Translations under genes and position numbers: made by a program
DNA from: a virus
Taxonomy: Duplodnaviria > Caudoviricetes
DNA: 34,097 nt
IMG/VR virus record: IMGVR_UViG_3300025888_000009
Span: 1-34,097 of that record
Direction: 5' to 3' (one strand)
Shown here: piece after piece, positions 1 through 6,980 of the stretch
Numbering within the stretch: the first letter of the stretch is position 1
Layout: the number at the start of each line of letters is the position of its first letter
Notes under the pieces: generated by a model
What the model saw: only the letters and a program-made list of their open reading frames with translations
What the model was told of the DNA's origin: nothing
Database searches by the model: none

Positions 1-126
1 TTTGCACCTTGGAGGTTTGCATCTCGGAGGTCTGCACCTCGGAGGTTTGCATCTTGGAGGTATGCACCTTGGAGGTTTGCACCTTGGAGGTTTGCACCTC
101 GGAGGTTTGCATCTCGGAGGTTTGCA
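1..126. repeat. Terminal direct repeat (assembly overlap), identical to 33972-34097; indicates circular/complete genome
   Basis: Base-by-base identity of 1-126 with 33972-34097; the gene crossing the junction stays in frame. Confidence 0.9.
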
Positions 127-209
127 TCTCGGAGGTTTGCATCTCGGAGGTATGCATCTCGGAGGTTTGCACCTCGGAGGTCTGCACCTTGGAGGTATGC
201 ATCTTGGAT
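1..209. repeat. 15-bp tandem repeat (TGCA(C/T)CT(C/T)GGAGGT(T/C/A)) encoding pentapeptide repeats; ~16 units including 33944-33971
   Basis: Direct inspection; no spacers between units. Confidence 0.95.
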
Positions 210-302
210 AGCTTCTTTAATAGTATCCTTATTAGATTCCCACAAAACTGAACCATTTATCCAATGTACAATCTTGATTTTTACTTCTAATTTTTTACTC
301 AT
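1..302 (-). CDS. Pentapeptide-repeat protein with C-terminal DUF5758-like domain, N-terminal part (continues across the junction into 33971..33602)
   Basis: Manual translation from ATG at 302: MSKKLEVKIKIVHWINGSVLWESNKDTIKEAIQDAYLQGADLRG...; 15-bp repeats encode A(N/D/Y)L(Q/R)(G/D); start overlaps stop of upstream ORF. Missed by the ORF track. Confidence 0.9.
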   Translation of the reverse strand, partial: MSKKLEVKIKIVHWINGSVLWESNKDTIKEAIQDAYLQGADLRGANLRDAYLRDANLRDANLRDANLRGANLQGANLQGAYLQDANLRGADLRDANLQGA

Positions 303-498
303 CATCTTCATCTTTCATTATCATGACAATGTCAAATATAGTTGAGAAATCATAGTGGTCTGATATTGCTCGTATCATTTCTTCGGCTTTAAATTGAGGT
401 ACAATCTCTTCAAAGTCTATATTGTTTAAAGTTACTTCAATTTGATCGTCTTCTGCTATTGATTCGTACTTGTCTGTGGTTAATGTTATAGTTTCCAT
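295..498 (-). CDS. Hypothetical acidic protein, first gene of early promoter Pe1
   Basis: ORF track; ATG at 498 preceded by AAAAGGA RBS is a better start than TTG at 504. Confidence 0.75.
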   Translation of the reverse strand: METITLTTDKYESIAEDDQIEVTLNNIDFEEIVPQFKAEEMIRAISDHYDFSTIFDIVMIMKDEDDE

Positions 499-533
499 AT
501 TCAATTCCTTTTCTACTAGTTATTGATACTCTA

Positions 534-562
534 ATTATACCGAACGCTTACGCTAATGTCAA
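534..562 (-). promoter_or_regulatory. Sigma70-type early promoter Pe1 (TTGACA-17-TATAAT) with TAGCGTAAGCGT motif in spacer
   Basis: -35 at 557-562, -10 at 534-539, consensus hexamers and spacing. Confidence 0.9.
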
Positions 563-564
563 GC

Positions 565-759
565 CTAATCACGAGGGTCAGGTGACCAGCCGTCTAAATA
601 ATCCACAAACTGTTGGTCGTATTGTACTTCACCGTTTTTAACGGCTAGTAGATACTCTTCAAGCATCACAGGATCGCTCTCATAAGGTCGTTCAGCGTCC
701 GATTGCTCTTTCATGCGCTTAATATCTGTTTCATTAAATAATATTAGATGTTCGCACAT
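565..759 (-). CDS. Hypothetical protein
   Basis: ORF track; TAATG coupling with upstream gene. Confidence 0.6.
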   Translation of the reverse strand: MCEHLILFNETDIKRMKEQSDAERPYESDPVMLEEYLLAVKNGEVQYDQQFVDYLDGWSPDPRD

Positions 760-974
760 TATTTATTACCTTTCGTTATTATGCCTTCGTCGGCTAGTTT
801 GGATGTGTCATAAGTAGTAGTATGGTCAGCATGCCAATTAAACTCTTTATCACAATTACCGCATTCAGCAGTGCCATCTTCGTTATTATTCATTAGATAT
901 TCCCATGAATCTGATTGTTCAGTTTTACAGTAAGGGCATACCATTTCATCATTATGTATTAGTTCTATGTCCAT
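759..974 (-). CDS. Zinc-ribbon protein
   Basis: CPYC...CGNC motifs. Confidence 0.7.
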   Translation of the reverse strand: MDIELIHNDEMVCPYCKTEQSDSWEYLMNNNEDGTAECGNCDKEFNWHADHTTTYDTSKLADEGIITKGNK

Positions 975-1264
975 TATTTTTCTTCTTTCTTATTTAATAG
1001 TTCTGATATGGTATCTTTCAAATCTGTCAGTTTTATATGCACATGACCATCAATAATATACCCAGGTGTAGTGTCTATGACTTCATTAACAGTCTTTGAT
1101 ATTAGAGTGATTAGTTGTTGCTTGGCTTGTTCATGGTAAGTATCGTACCAATAATTCCTTTGTTTTTCGTTTTCCTCATCAGTCTCAAATGGTGAGCCAT
1201 ATATAGCACTGTCAAAACCACTTTGCATTATTTCTGTGACTAATTTATCTAGTTCTTTATCCAT
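974..1264 (-). CDS. Hypothetical protein
   Basis: ORF track; likely start ATG 1264 overlapping the upstream stop. Confidence 0.65.
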   Translation of the reverse strand: MDKELDKLVTEIMQSGFDSAIYGSPFETDEENEKQRNYWYDTYHEQAKQQLITLISKTVNEVIDTTPGYIIDGHVHIKLTDLKDTISELLNKKEEK

Positions 1265-1503
1265 TACAGTAACATCTCCGTTCCTGTCCATATTTGAACA
1301 TCAACTTGTTCTATACCTAATAGCCGTGCAGCTGCCAATCGGTGATTACCGTCAATAGCTACCCATTTAAGATTTATAGTTAGTGGCTCAAGTATGCCAT
1401 TTTGTTTAATACTCTCAAATAGTTCGTCAAACCTTTTGTTGCCTGGTTTCAAGCCAGCATCGGGTGGCCATTCTGCTTTTATAAGTTTAGTTGGTATTAT
1501 CAT
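1264..1503 (-). CDS. Stand-alone ParB/Srx N-terminal domain protein
   Basis: L.ESIKQNGILEPL...IDGNHRLAAARLLG motif. Confidence 0.85.
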   Translation of the reverse strand: MIIPTKLIKAEWPPDAGLKPGNKRFDELFESIKQNGILEPLTINLKWVAIDGNHRLAAARLLGIEQVDVQIWTGTEMLL

Positions 1504-1506
1504 TTA

Positions 1507-1677
1507 TTAATCCTCCAATTCATAAGTTTGTTCAACTATAAAGCATGAGCCAGTCCAAGGAGCTTTACAATTTTTGTATTCTACAGCTTCACTAAAAGTG
1601 TCAAAGAATAAACTAAACCCAAAATCCCTAGCTTTGCCTATATAATATAATCCCCATTGAGTTTTATATTTACTCAT
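1507..1677 (-). CDS. Small hypothetical protein (56 aa, MSKYKTQWGLYY...)
   Basis: Manual translation; fills the gap between flanking genes, GGAG RBS upstream. Confidence 0.55.
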   Translation of the reverse strand: MSKYKTQWGLYYIGKARDFGFSLFFDTFSEAVEYKNCKAPWTGSCFIVEQTYELED

Positions 1678-1944
1678 TTACTTCTCCTCTAACTTAGCTT
1701 TTTGAGATTGTAACTCTGAAATGCGACGATTAGCATCATCTGAATTTAGTGCGATATAACCACGTATTTTTTGGTCATCATATAAATATTTAATTTCTTC
1801 TATCCTAGCTTCAATCTCTCGTAGTGCTTGGTTTTGCATAACAAGTTTCCGTGCTTCATTCCATAAATCCATAGGTAAATGTGCATAAATAAAATTCGTT
1901 AATTCTTTACTAATTTCTTGGTCATTACTTAATGGTGTGTTCAC
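1678..1944 (-). CDS. Hypothetical coiled-coil protein
   Basis: ORF track, AAGGAG RBS. Confidence 0.65.
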   Translation of the reverse strand: MNTPLSNDQEISKELTNFIYAHLPMDLWNEARKLVMQNQALREIEARIEEIKYLYDDQKIRGYIALNSDDANRRISELQSQKAKLEEK

Positions 1945-1947
1945 AAC

Positions 1948-2412
1948 TTACTCCTTATCGTCCCGTAAAACTGCTTTTCTAGCTTCGTCCATAGCTTCTA
2001 ATAGGTTAAGTGTCAGTCCACAAACGGTAACATGCTTAATTTTACTAGATTCTGTATCATGCAACCATTCAAACATTAGCTTTTGGGCTTTAGCTACTAG
2101 CTCAGCAGTGGCTTCAGTACGGTAATAATTGTTTTGGTCATATCTAAGTGAGTCGTGTACGGTATTATTATCTATCGTGTAAATAATTACTTTATGACTA
2201 TCAATCCAATAATATGGGTTACCAACTTCTGCTCGCCAATGCTTAGGCTCTGGGGTGTAGGGTTCGATGAAATGTTGGTTGATAGCATCTTGTATTTTAC
2301 TATCAATAATAATATGTCCTTGTACACAATTATATAGTGAACCTTTACCACTAAATTTTAGTATCGTTCCTACTGGGGCGTTAATGAGTGGACGCAAAAC
2401 TTTATATTGCAT
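1948..2412 (-). CDS. Hypothetical phage protein (WRAE..YYWI motif)
   Basis: ORF track, GAGGAG RBS. Confidence 0.7.
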   Translation of the reverse strand: MQYKVLRPLINAPVGTILKFSGKGSLYNCVQGHIIIDSKIQDAINQHFIEPYTPEPKHWRAEVGNPYYWIDSHKVIIYTIDNNTVHDSLRYDQNNYYRTEATAELVAKAQKLMFEWLHDTESSKIKHVTVCGLTLNLLEAMDEARKAVLRDDKE

Positions 2413-2415
2413 TAT

Positions 2416-2565
2416 TTAAGTCTCCTCTAGTGAGTTATTAGGTTTGTTAATTACCGTAACGATGTAAGTTTTGCCTCCTGAGTTCCTAATCTCTGCGGTA
2501 TGGTCTGTACAATAAACTGCACTAAAATCTTTCAGTTCGCTCCATACAAATATTGGTATTTTCAT
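2416..2565 (-). CDS. Small hypothetical protein (49 aa)
   Basis: Manual translation, AAGGGGG RBS. Confidence 0.5.
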   Translation of the reverse strand: MKIPIFVWSELKDFSAVYCTDHTAEIRNSGGKTYIVTVINKPNNSLEET

Positions 2566-2758
2566 AATCCCCCTTTAAATAATAAAAACAATTAGCTCTA
2601 CAAATATATAAAAAAATGCTATAAATGCTACGCCTATTGTTACTGTCATCAATGCTGCCCAGCCTAAAATTGATAGTAACTTCATGCTAATACCACTATC
2701 AAAGTAAGTAATACTCCGAGTATAAAACCCATTATTGTGTCTGTGTTTGTGTCTGCTG

Positions 2759-2971
2759 TCATAACTGCCCTAACGCCTTTCTTATATTATTAACAAAATA
2801 TTCTGCTTGTTGTCGTTTAATGTCAAACACTTCTGCTATTTCAGAGTACGTACAACCACACTCACGCATCGTGTAAGCCACGATAGGCAAGTAATCCACT
2901 ACATTACCCATTATGTTATAAAGTTCTCGTAGGTGGGCTATATTAGCGTTGTTTTGTTTAGGTCTAGCCAT
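2759..2971 (-). CDS. Helix-turn-helix protein (sigma70 region 4/Cro-like)
   Basis: GCTYSEIAEVFDIKRQQAEY pattern. Confidence 0.75.
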   Translation of the reverse strand: MARPKQNNANIAHLRELYNIMGNVVDYLPIVAYTMRECGCTYSEIAEVFDIKRQQAEYFVNNIRKALGQL

Positions 2972-2973
2972 AA

Positions 2974-3246
2974 TTAAAACGGCTTTGACTGACCTGCAAT
3001 AATACTATCAAGTATAAATCGCATATCTTTTAGTGATTGGTCGTATGGCTCAAGCAAACGCCTGTATATTTCATGGTTTAGTTGTTGAGTGGTAAAGCTA
3101 GATAACTGAGCTTCTGGTGTATTTATCCACTCATCTAGTTCAGCCTGAGATTGTGCCTCATCAAAGCAACCATTATCATCAATACCTGTTTCATATAATC
3201 CGCTGTTATCATTTCTATCTTCCATATCTTCAAGTTGTTTTATCAT
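2974..3246 (-). CDS. Hypothetical protein
   Basis: ORF track. Confidence 0.6.
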   Translation of the reverse strand: MIKQLEDMEDRNDNSGLYETGIDDNGCFDEAQSQAELDEWINTPEAQLSSFTTQQLNHEIYRRLLEPYDQSLKDMRFILDSIIAGQSKPF

Positions 3247-3503
3247 CTTTAGATTCCTCCATTCTGGCCTCGGCTTCTAATTTAGTTATTTCAATTTCAC
3301 AGTATGATATTACGTTCATCAATGCTATTTTCTTTGATAGATTTTCTATTATGTTATAACTCATTACAACTCCGTTTCTAACACTCTTTTAATAGTTTTA
3401 TATAGTGTTCTGTCAATTCTTATACCAAAATACATGACCATTAGGATATCGTTTTAGTTTAACAGTACCAATATTTATATTTTCTACTGGTATACCTTTT
3501 AAG

Positions 3504-3701
3504 CTAGTCATTTAAATGTTCTCCTAGATATTTTATGGAATCGTCTGATATAACCATTTGCTGTAGATGGATATTCCATCCACCACGACCACAGCTACAT
3601 TTTGCAACCACTTTAACATATTCACGCCTATTTTTATCACGATAACTATTAGCTGTTAGTAGCATATCCATATCTTGGTCATATTTTGATGGTATATTCA
3701 T
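3504..3701 (-). CDS. Hypothetical protein
   Basis: ORF track; ATGA overlap with upstream gene. Confidence 0.6.
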   Translation of the reverse strand: MNIPSKYDQDMDMLLTANSYRDKNRREYVKVVAKCSCGRGGWNIHLQQMVISDDSIKYLGEHLND

Positions 3702-3850
3702 AGTTCTATTATCACTTTTTTAACAGTCAATATGCTTCCACCGAGTTCTTTAACGGCTATCGTCCAGTCTTTTACAGCCTTTTTAGTTTTTATAATCTTG
3801 GTCCTATAATTATCATTAGTCTCGTAAATAACTTTATATCCGTATCTCAT
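3698..3850 (-). CDS. Small basic protein (50 aa, MRYGYKVIYE...)
   Basis: Manual translation; strong AAGGAG RBS. Confidence 0.65.
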   Translation of the reverse strand: MRYGYKVIYETNDNYRTKIIKTKKAVKDWTIAVKELGGSILTVKKVIIEL

Positions 3851-3875
3851 ATTGTTACTCCTTATAGGTTAGTTT

Positions 3876-3996
3876 ATTAAGCGTATGGTGCTAGTAGCAA
3901 GCCCGACGATTGCCCCATCAGTTAGCTTTCAAATCGCAATATCTATCCAGCTGATTCATTTACTACCAGCACTACTACGTTTAATTGTTAATGTTA
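3876..3996 (-). ncRNA. Putative structured RNA cassette: boxA-like TAACATTAACAATT plus long closing stem; paralogous stem to 31581-31701
   Basis: GTGCTGGTAGTAA (3960-3972) pairs with TTGCTACTAGCAC (3888-3900) using G-U pairs on the minus strand; outer stem 3976-3985/3876-3885. Confidence 0.7.
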
Positions 3997-4098
3997 AACC
4001 GTTGCGATTGAGCTTATTGTGTTAGTGATTCGCTCTGCACTATTTTATCTTCGCTTTGGTCGATCAATTTCTTTTCTACTATTTGTTGATCTGTCTCT

Positions 4099-4127
4099 AT
4101 ACTAGCATAAGCGTAAGCGATAGTCAA
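4099..4127 (-). promoter_or_regulatory. Early promoter Pe2 (TTGACT-17-TAGTAT, extended TG) with spacer motif in inverted orientation
   Basis: -35 4122-4127, -10 4099-4104; spacer carries CGCTTACGCT; leader has AGTAGAAAAG. Confidence 0.8.
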
Positions 4128-4129
4128 TA

Positions 4130-4612
4130 CTATTTGCTAAAATTGCGATAAGATTTTTGCTTTACCACTGTTAATGTGTCTATACTACTCTCTTGGTTCA
4201 CTTTAGCTTCTAACATTTTCCACTTCATTTTCCAAACATCTGTTTCATAACCTTTTGCCTCATAGTATTCTAAATGACCGTCATTATGGGTAATAATAAA
4301 ATCTATAAAGTAATTAGTTATGTGTTTGCCATACGCCTGCAAGTCAATTTTTACTTGCTTTTGAACATCTTTTATATTGCCTGCTTTTAATCTTAAGTCT
4401 AAATCTTGAGCTACTTGGCTTTCAAATTTACTATCATAGTTATAGCCGTTATATGTGCTTTTTTTAGCTCCGTATTTGTTAAATGTTTTTCCAATCACAT
4501 GGTCGCAATTAGTACAGGTTAGTTTTCCACTTTTTAACATCAATCTTTTAGAATGGCACTTAGGGCATTCGGCTGACTTCATAGGATCGTTATTAGTTAT
4601 TTGTCTATACAT
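4130..4612 (-). CDS. DUF1064-family PD-(D/E)XK nuclease with N-terminal zinc ribbon
   Basis: NKYGAKKS...YDSKFE...YFIDF...EAKGYET motifs; CPKC/CTNC. Confidence 0.85.
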   Translation of the reverse strand: MYRQITNNDPMKSAECPKCHSKRLMLKSGKLTCTNCDHVIGKTFNKYGAKKSTYNGYNYDSKFESQVAQDLDLRLKAGNIKDVQKQVKIDLQAYGKHITNYFIDFIITHNDGHLEYYEAKGYETDVWKMKWKMLEAKVNQESSIDTLTVVKQKSYRNFSK

Positions 4613-4642
4613 AGTTTATCTAACTTAGCTGTTAGTTGTTTT

Positions 4643-4912
4643 TTAGTTTGTGTCACCGCCAACTTTTACATTATTATCTTGCCAAATTACAGTATCGTTT
4701 TTAATAAATCTAACTGATATACAATTATCTATTACGTGGGTTTCGATCTCTACATTGTCATAAGGTGGCTTCTTTTTTAGCTCCTCAAGTTTAATTTCTA
4801 ATAAAGATGGTATAGATTTTGCTATAATCACTACGCAAATTGCACTAATAACTATAATTATTGGTAATAATATTCCAAAAACTATCTGTATTGTTTGATA
4901 AAATGTTTCCAT
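4643..4912 (-). CDS. Hypothetical membrane-anchored protein
   Basis: N-terminal hydrophobic helix; AGGAG RBS. Confidence 0.65.
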   Translation of the reverse strand: METFYQTIQIVFGILLPIIIVISAICVVIIAKSIPSLLEIKLEELKKKPPYDNVEIETHVIDNCISVRFIKNDTVIWQDNNVKVGGDTN

Positions 4913-4943
4913 TACAATCTCCTAACTTAACTGTTCTTTAATT

Positions 4944-5411
4944 TTATTTAATCTGTATATTCTGATTTTCAATTAGCATGACACCGTCAATAATTTCGCC
5001 AACTTTTAGTGCTTTACCAAGGCTAACCTTGTCGGCTGTAACAGTAGTAACAGATTTTTTATACTCATCTGGCAACGTATCCATATCTATTACTTCGACG
5101 CTGGTACTTTTACGGTAAGTAATATTTACTTTAATCGTTCCAAATTTACTGCCATGTAATGAAGTATCAAGATAATTCTTTAAACTTTCGGCTTTAGTCT
5201 TAGCTTGCTTTTCTTTTAATGCAAACGCATCTTTTTCATTCTTGTACTGGTCAGCTTCCGATAACAGGTTTTTATACCACAATGCCACGCTCTCAAGCTT
5301 CTGGTCACGTTCCATTTGCAATTCGTCAAACTTGTCAGTGTCGATTATTTCGCCTGTCTCTTGGTCTATACAGTTTAATAGTTGTTCTTTTATTTCGTAT
5401 AAGTTAGCCAT
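4944..5411 (-). CDS. Siphovirus gp157-family protein
   Basis: MANLYEI...IDQETGEI...YRKSTSVEV...LPDEY...GVMLIENQNIQIK pattern. Confidence 0.9.
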   Translation of the reverse strand: MANLYEIKEQLLNCIDQETGEIIDTDKFDELQMERDQKLESVALWYKNLLSEADQYKNEKDAFALKEKQAKTKAESLKNYLDTSLHGSKFGTIKVNITYRKSTSVEVIDMDTLPDEYKKSVTTVTADKVSLGKALKVGEIIDGVMLIENQNIQIK

Positions 5412-5413
5412 TA

Positions 5414-6121
5414 TTACATATCCTTATTGAACACTAGTTCAGTTAATTTTGCTATCATATCTATTGCTTGTTGGCCATCAGTTATAGTATCAATTTTAGC
5501 GTTTACAATACGATCTTCATAGCCTAATTCTTTACCAAGTCTCTTAATAGTGTCTACGTCGTTCTGTGCTGGCTTATAAGCTTTTACGGTAGGTTTCTTT
5601 GGCTCTGGCGCAATATATTTGCCTAGCGCGAAAACTATATTGCCGCTCTTTAAGTTAATTATCTCTAACTCGTTAATCTCTTTATTCTCATTATATCCAA
5701 TTTTAGTAACACTGAATTTATCATATGTGCCTAATTTACCAGTTTTAGGGTTCTTATATGAGCTATACTTATCAGCACTAATCCAAGTAAATGGGGCTGT
5801 ATAAAGCTCACGCCCTATGCCAAAATTAAACCCTGCACGTTTGAAAGCGTCCGAGGCTTGACCTTTTTCTTTTTCAGCTTGACTCTCTACACCAACATCT
5901 TGTCGGCTTATCCATTCTTTAATCTCATCATCCCATATTGAGATAGTGCAAAACAGATTACCGTTTATAAGTTCGTGACTTCTTTTCCATTTTAGTTCAG
6001 ACTCATCAAGTATATTCATATCAACACGAGCGTCTTTATACAAAAGTAATGTAGCACCTTTCTCGTTTATAGTACCAATACGTACTTCAATTTCATTCTC
6101 TTTTAATAATCTGATATTCAT
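5414..6121 (-). CDS. Sak/Rad52-like single-strand annealing protein
   Basis: LLLYKDARVDMNILDE...EKEKGQASDAFKRAGFNFGIGRELY motif. Confidence 0.85.
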   Translation of the reverse strand: MNIRLLKENEIEVRIGTINEKGATLLLYKDARVDMNILDESELKWKRSHELINGNLFCTISIWDDEIKEWISRQDVGVESQAEKEKGQASDAFKRAGFNFGIGRELYTAPFTWISADKYSSYKNPKTGKLGTYDKFSVTKIGYNENKEINELEIINLKSGNIVFALGKYIAPEPKKPTVKAYKPAQNDVDTIKRLGKELGYEDRIVNAKIDTITDGQQAIDMIAKLTELVFNKDM

Positions 6122-6279
6122 TATTTTAATTCCTCTAATATTTTATTGGTATATTCTTCAGCAATTGCATCTGTCTCTGTATTAGTACTTTCTAACCTTG
6201 CTATTGCAAAAGATAACATAGCTTGAGTGACTAAACTTTTTACAAGTATTTTACTAAGTTCTTTGGTAATATCTTCCAT
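6121..6279 (-). CDS. Small hypothetical protein (52 aa, MEDITKELSK...)
   Basis: Manual translation; TAATG coupling to Sak gene. Confidence 0.6.
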   Translation of the reverse strand: MEDITKELSKILVKSLVTQAMLSFAIARLESTNTETDAIAEEYTNKILEELK

Positions 6280-6280
6280 A

Positions 6281-6367
6281 TTATACCTGCGGATAGATTG
6301 TGTAATCTATTCCATTAACTGTACCTAAATAGTACTCGCTCTTAATTTGTTTAATAGTTATTGTCAT
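6281..6367 (-). CDS. 28-aa peptide, first gene of promoter Pe3
   Basis: MTITIKQIKSEYYLGTVNGIDYTIYPQV*; GAGGA RBS. Confidence 0.6.
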   Translation of the reverse strand: MTITIKQIKSEYYLGTVNGIDYTIYPQV

Positions 6368-6400
6368 ATAATCCTCTTTTCTACTTTGGTTTATGTGTCT

Positions 6401-6429
6401 ATCTTACCACACGCTTACGCTAAAATCAA
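6401..6429 (-). promoter_or_regulatory. Early promoter Pe3 (TTGATT-17-TAAGAT, extended TG) with TAGCGTAAGCGT in spacer
   Basis: Same spacer motif at the same offset as Pe1; leader has AGTAGAAAAG. Confidence 0.85.
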
Positions 6430-6435
6430 TACTAA

Positions 6436-6464
6436 TTGTAACTTTAATATAGTTTTAGTATAAT
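6436..6464 (+). promoter_or_regulatory. Divergent promoter (TTGTAA-17-TATAAT) for the antisense sRNA
   Basis: -35 6436-6441, -10 6459-6464, back-to-back with Pe3. Confidence 0.8.
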
Positions 6465-6470
6465 ACAGAT

Positions 6471-6568
6471 AGATGGTTAGTTTTTTACTCTCGCCTACGG
6501 GCTTTAGTCAATTCACTTTTCTACTAGGCTAACTATCACAGATTGAGACTCGAAAGAGTTTCTTTTTG
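6471..6568 (+). ncRNA. Putative trans-acting antisense sRNA against early-transcript leaders
   Basis: Promoter, stem 6472-6482/6527-6537, C(UACG)G hairpin, loop TCAATTCACTTTTCTACTA, terminator; no ORF. Confidence 0.75.
6545..6568 (+). terminator. Intrinsic terminator GAGACTC-GAAA-GAGTTTC-TTTTT
   Basis: GNRA-capped hairpin plus U tract. Confidence 0.85.
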
Positions 6569-6764
6569 TTTATCCCCTATGTAATTACTACTGTTATTTT
6601 GATATATCCCCCTATAATGGGAGGTACATGTAGTGATAAGTAACCTATACCATTTTAATTAAACCTATGTTATATTGAGGGTATTATAAATAAGTATTAT
6701 CAGTAATGGTATTGTTTAATTATAAGCACCTTATACCCCCTATATAGTTAATTTAACTAGTAAT

Positions 6765-6833
6765 AATAACGCCGTATTTGTGTTGATTACCCTCCACTCC
6801 ACACAGTTACACTACAAGGCGTTATTTTTATTT
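6765..6833 (+). ncRNA. Hairpin RNA/terminator with C-rich (anti-SD-like) loop
   Basis: AATAACGCC/GGCGTTATT stem, inner TGTGT/ACACA, loop TGATTACCCTCCACTCC, T-rich tail. Confidence 0.5.
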
Positions 6834-6846
6834 GGGATTTTTCTTG

Positions 6847-6875
6847 TTGCAAATAATGTTAGTAAAGCTTATAAT
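6847..6875 (+). promoter_or_regulatory. Promoter TTGCAA-17-TATAAT
   Basis: -35 6847-6852, -10 6870-6875. Confidence 0.8.
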
Positions 6876-6928
6876 TATAGCTAACTGATTGACGTATTAA
6901 AGTACTTAAATCAGTAGTATAAGTAGTT

Positions 6929-6956
6929 AAGAAAAAAACCTCTTGCGAGGCTTCTT
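6929..6956. terminator. Terminator hairpin (CCTC-TTGC-GAGG) with U7 tract on minus strand and weaker tract on plus strand
   Basis: AAGAAAAAAACCTC TTGC GAGGCTTCTT between convergent promoters. Confidence 0.65.
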
Positions 6957-6980
6957 CGATTAACGTATTAAAGTATCTTA

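Noticed and set aside
1-209. CRISPR array
   Set aside because: Contiguous tandem units with no unique spacers; coding; no cas genes
2-251. Plus-strand ORFs LHLGG.. and EVCIS..
   Set aside because: Shadow frames of the 15-bp repeat; the minus frame gives a coherent pentapeptide-repeat gene with coupled start and stop
1264-1503. Plasmid partition system (phage-plasmid)
   Set aside because: Only a 79-aa ParB N-terminal domain; no ParA or DNA-binding domain seen
6491-6500. TCGCCTACGG as a fourth operator copy (8/10 match to TCGCTTACGC)
   Set aside because: Better explained as the GCC-UACG-GGC tetraloop hairpin of the sRNA; cannot be fully excluded
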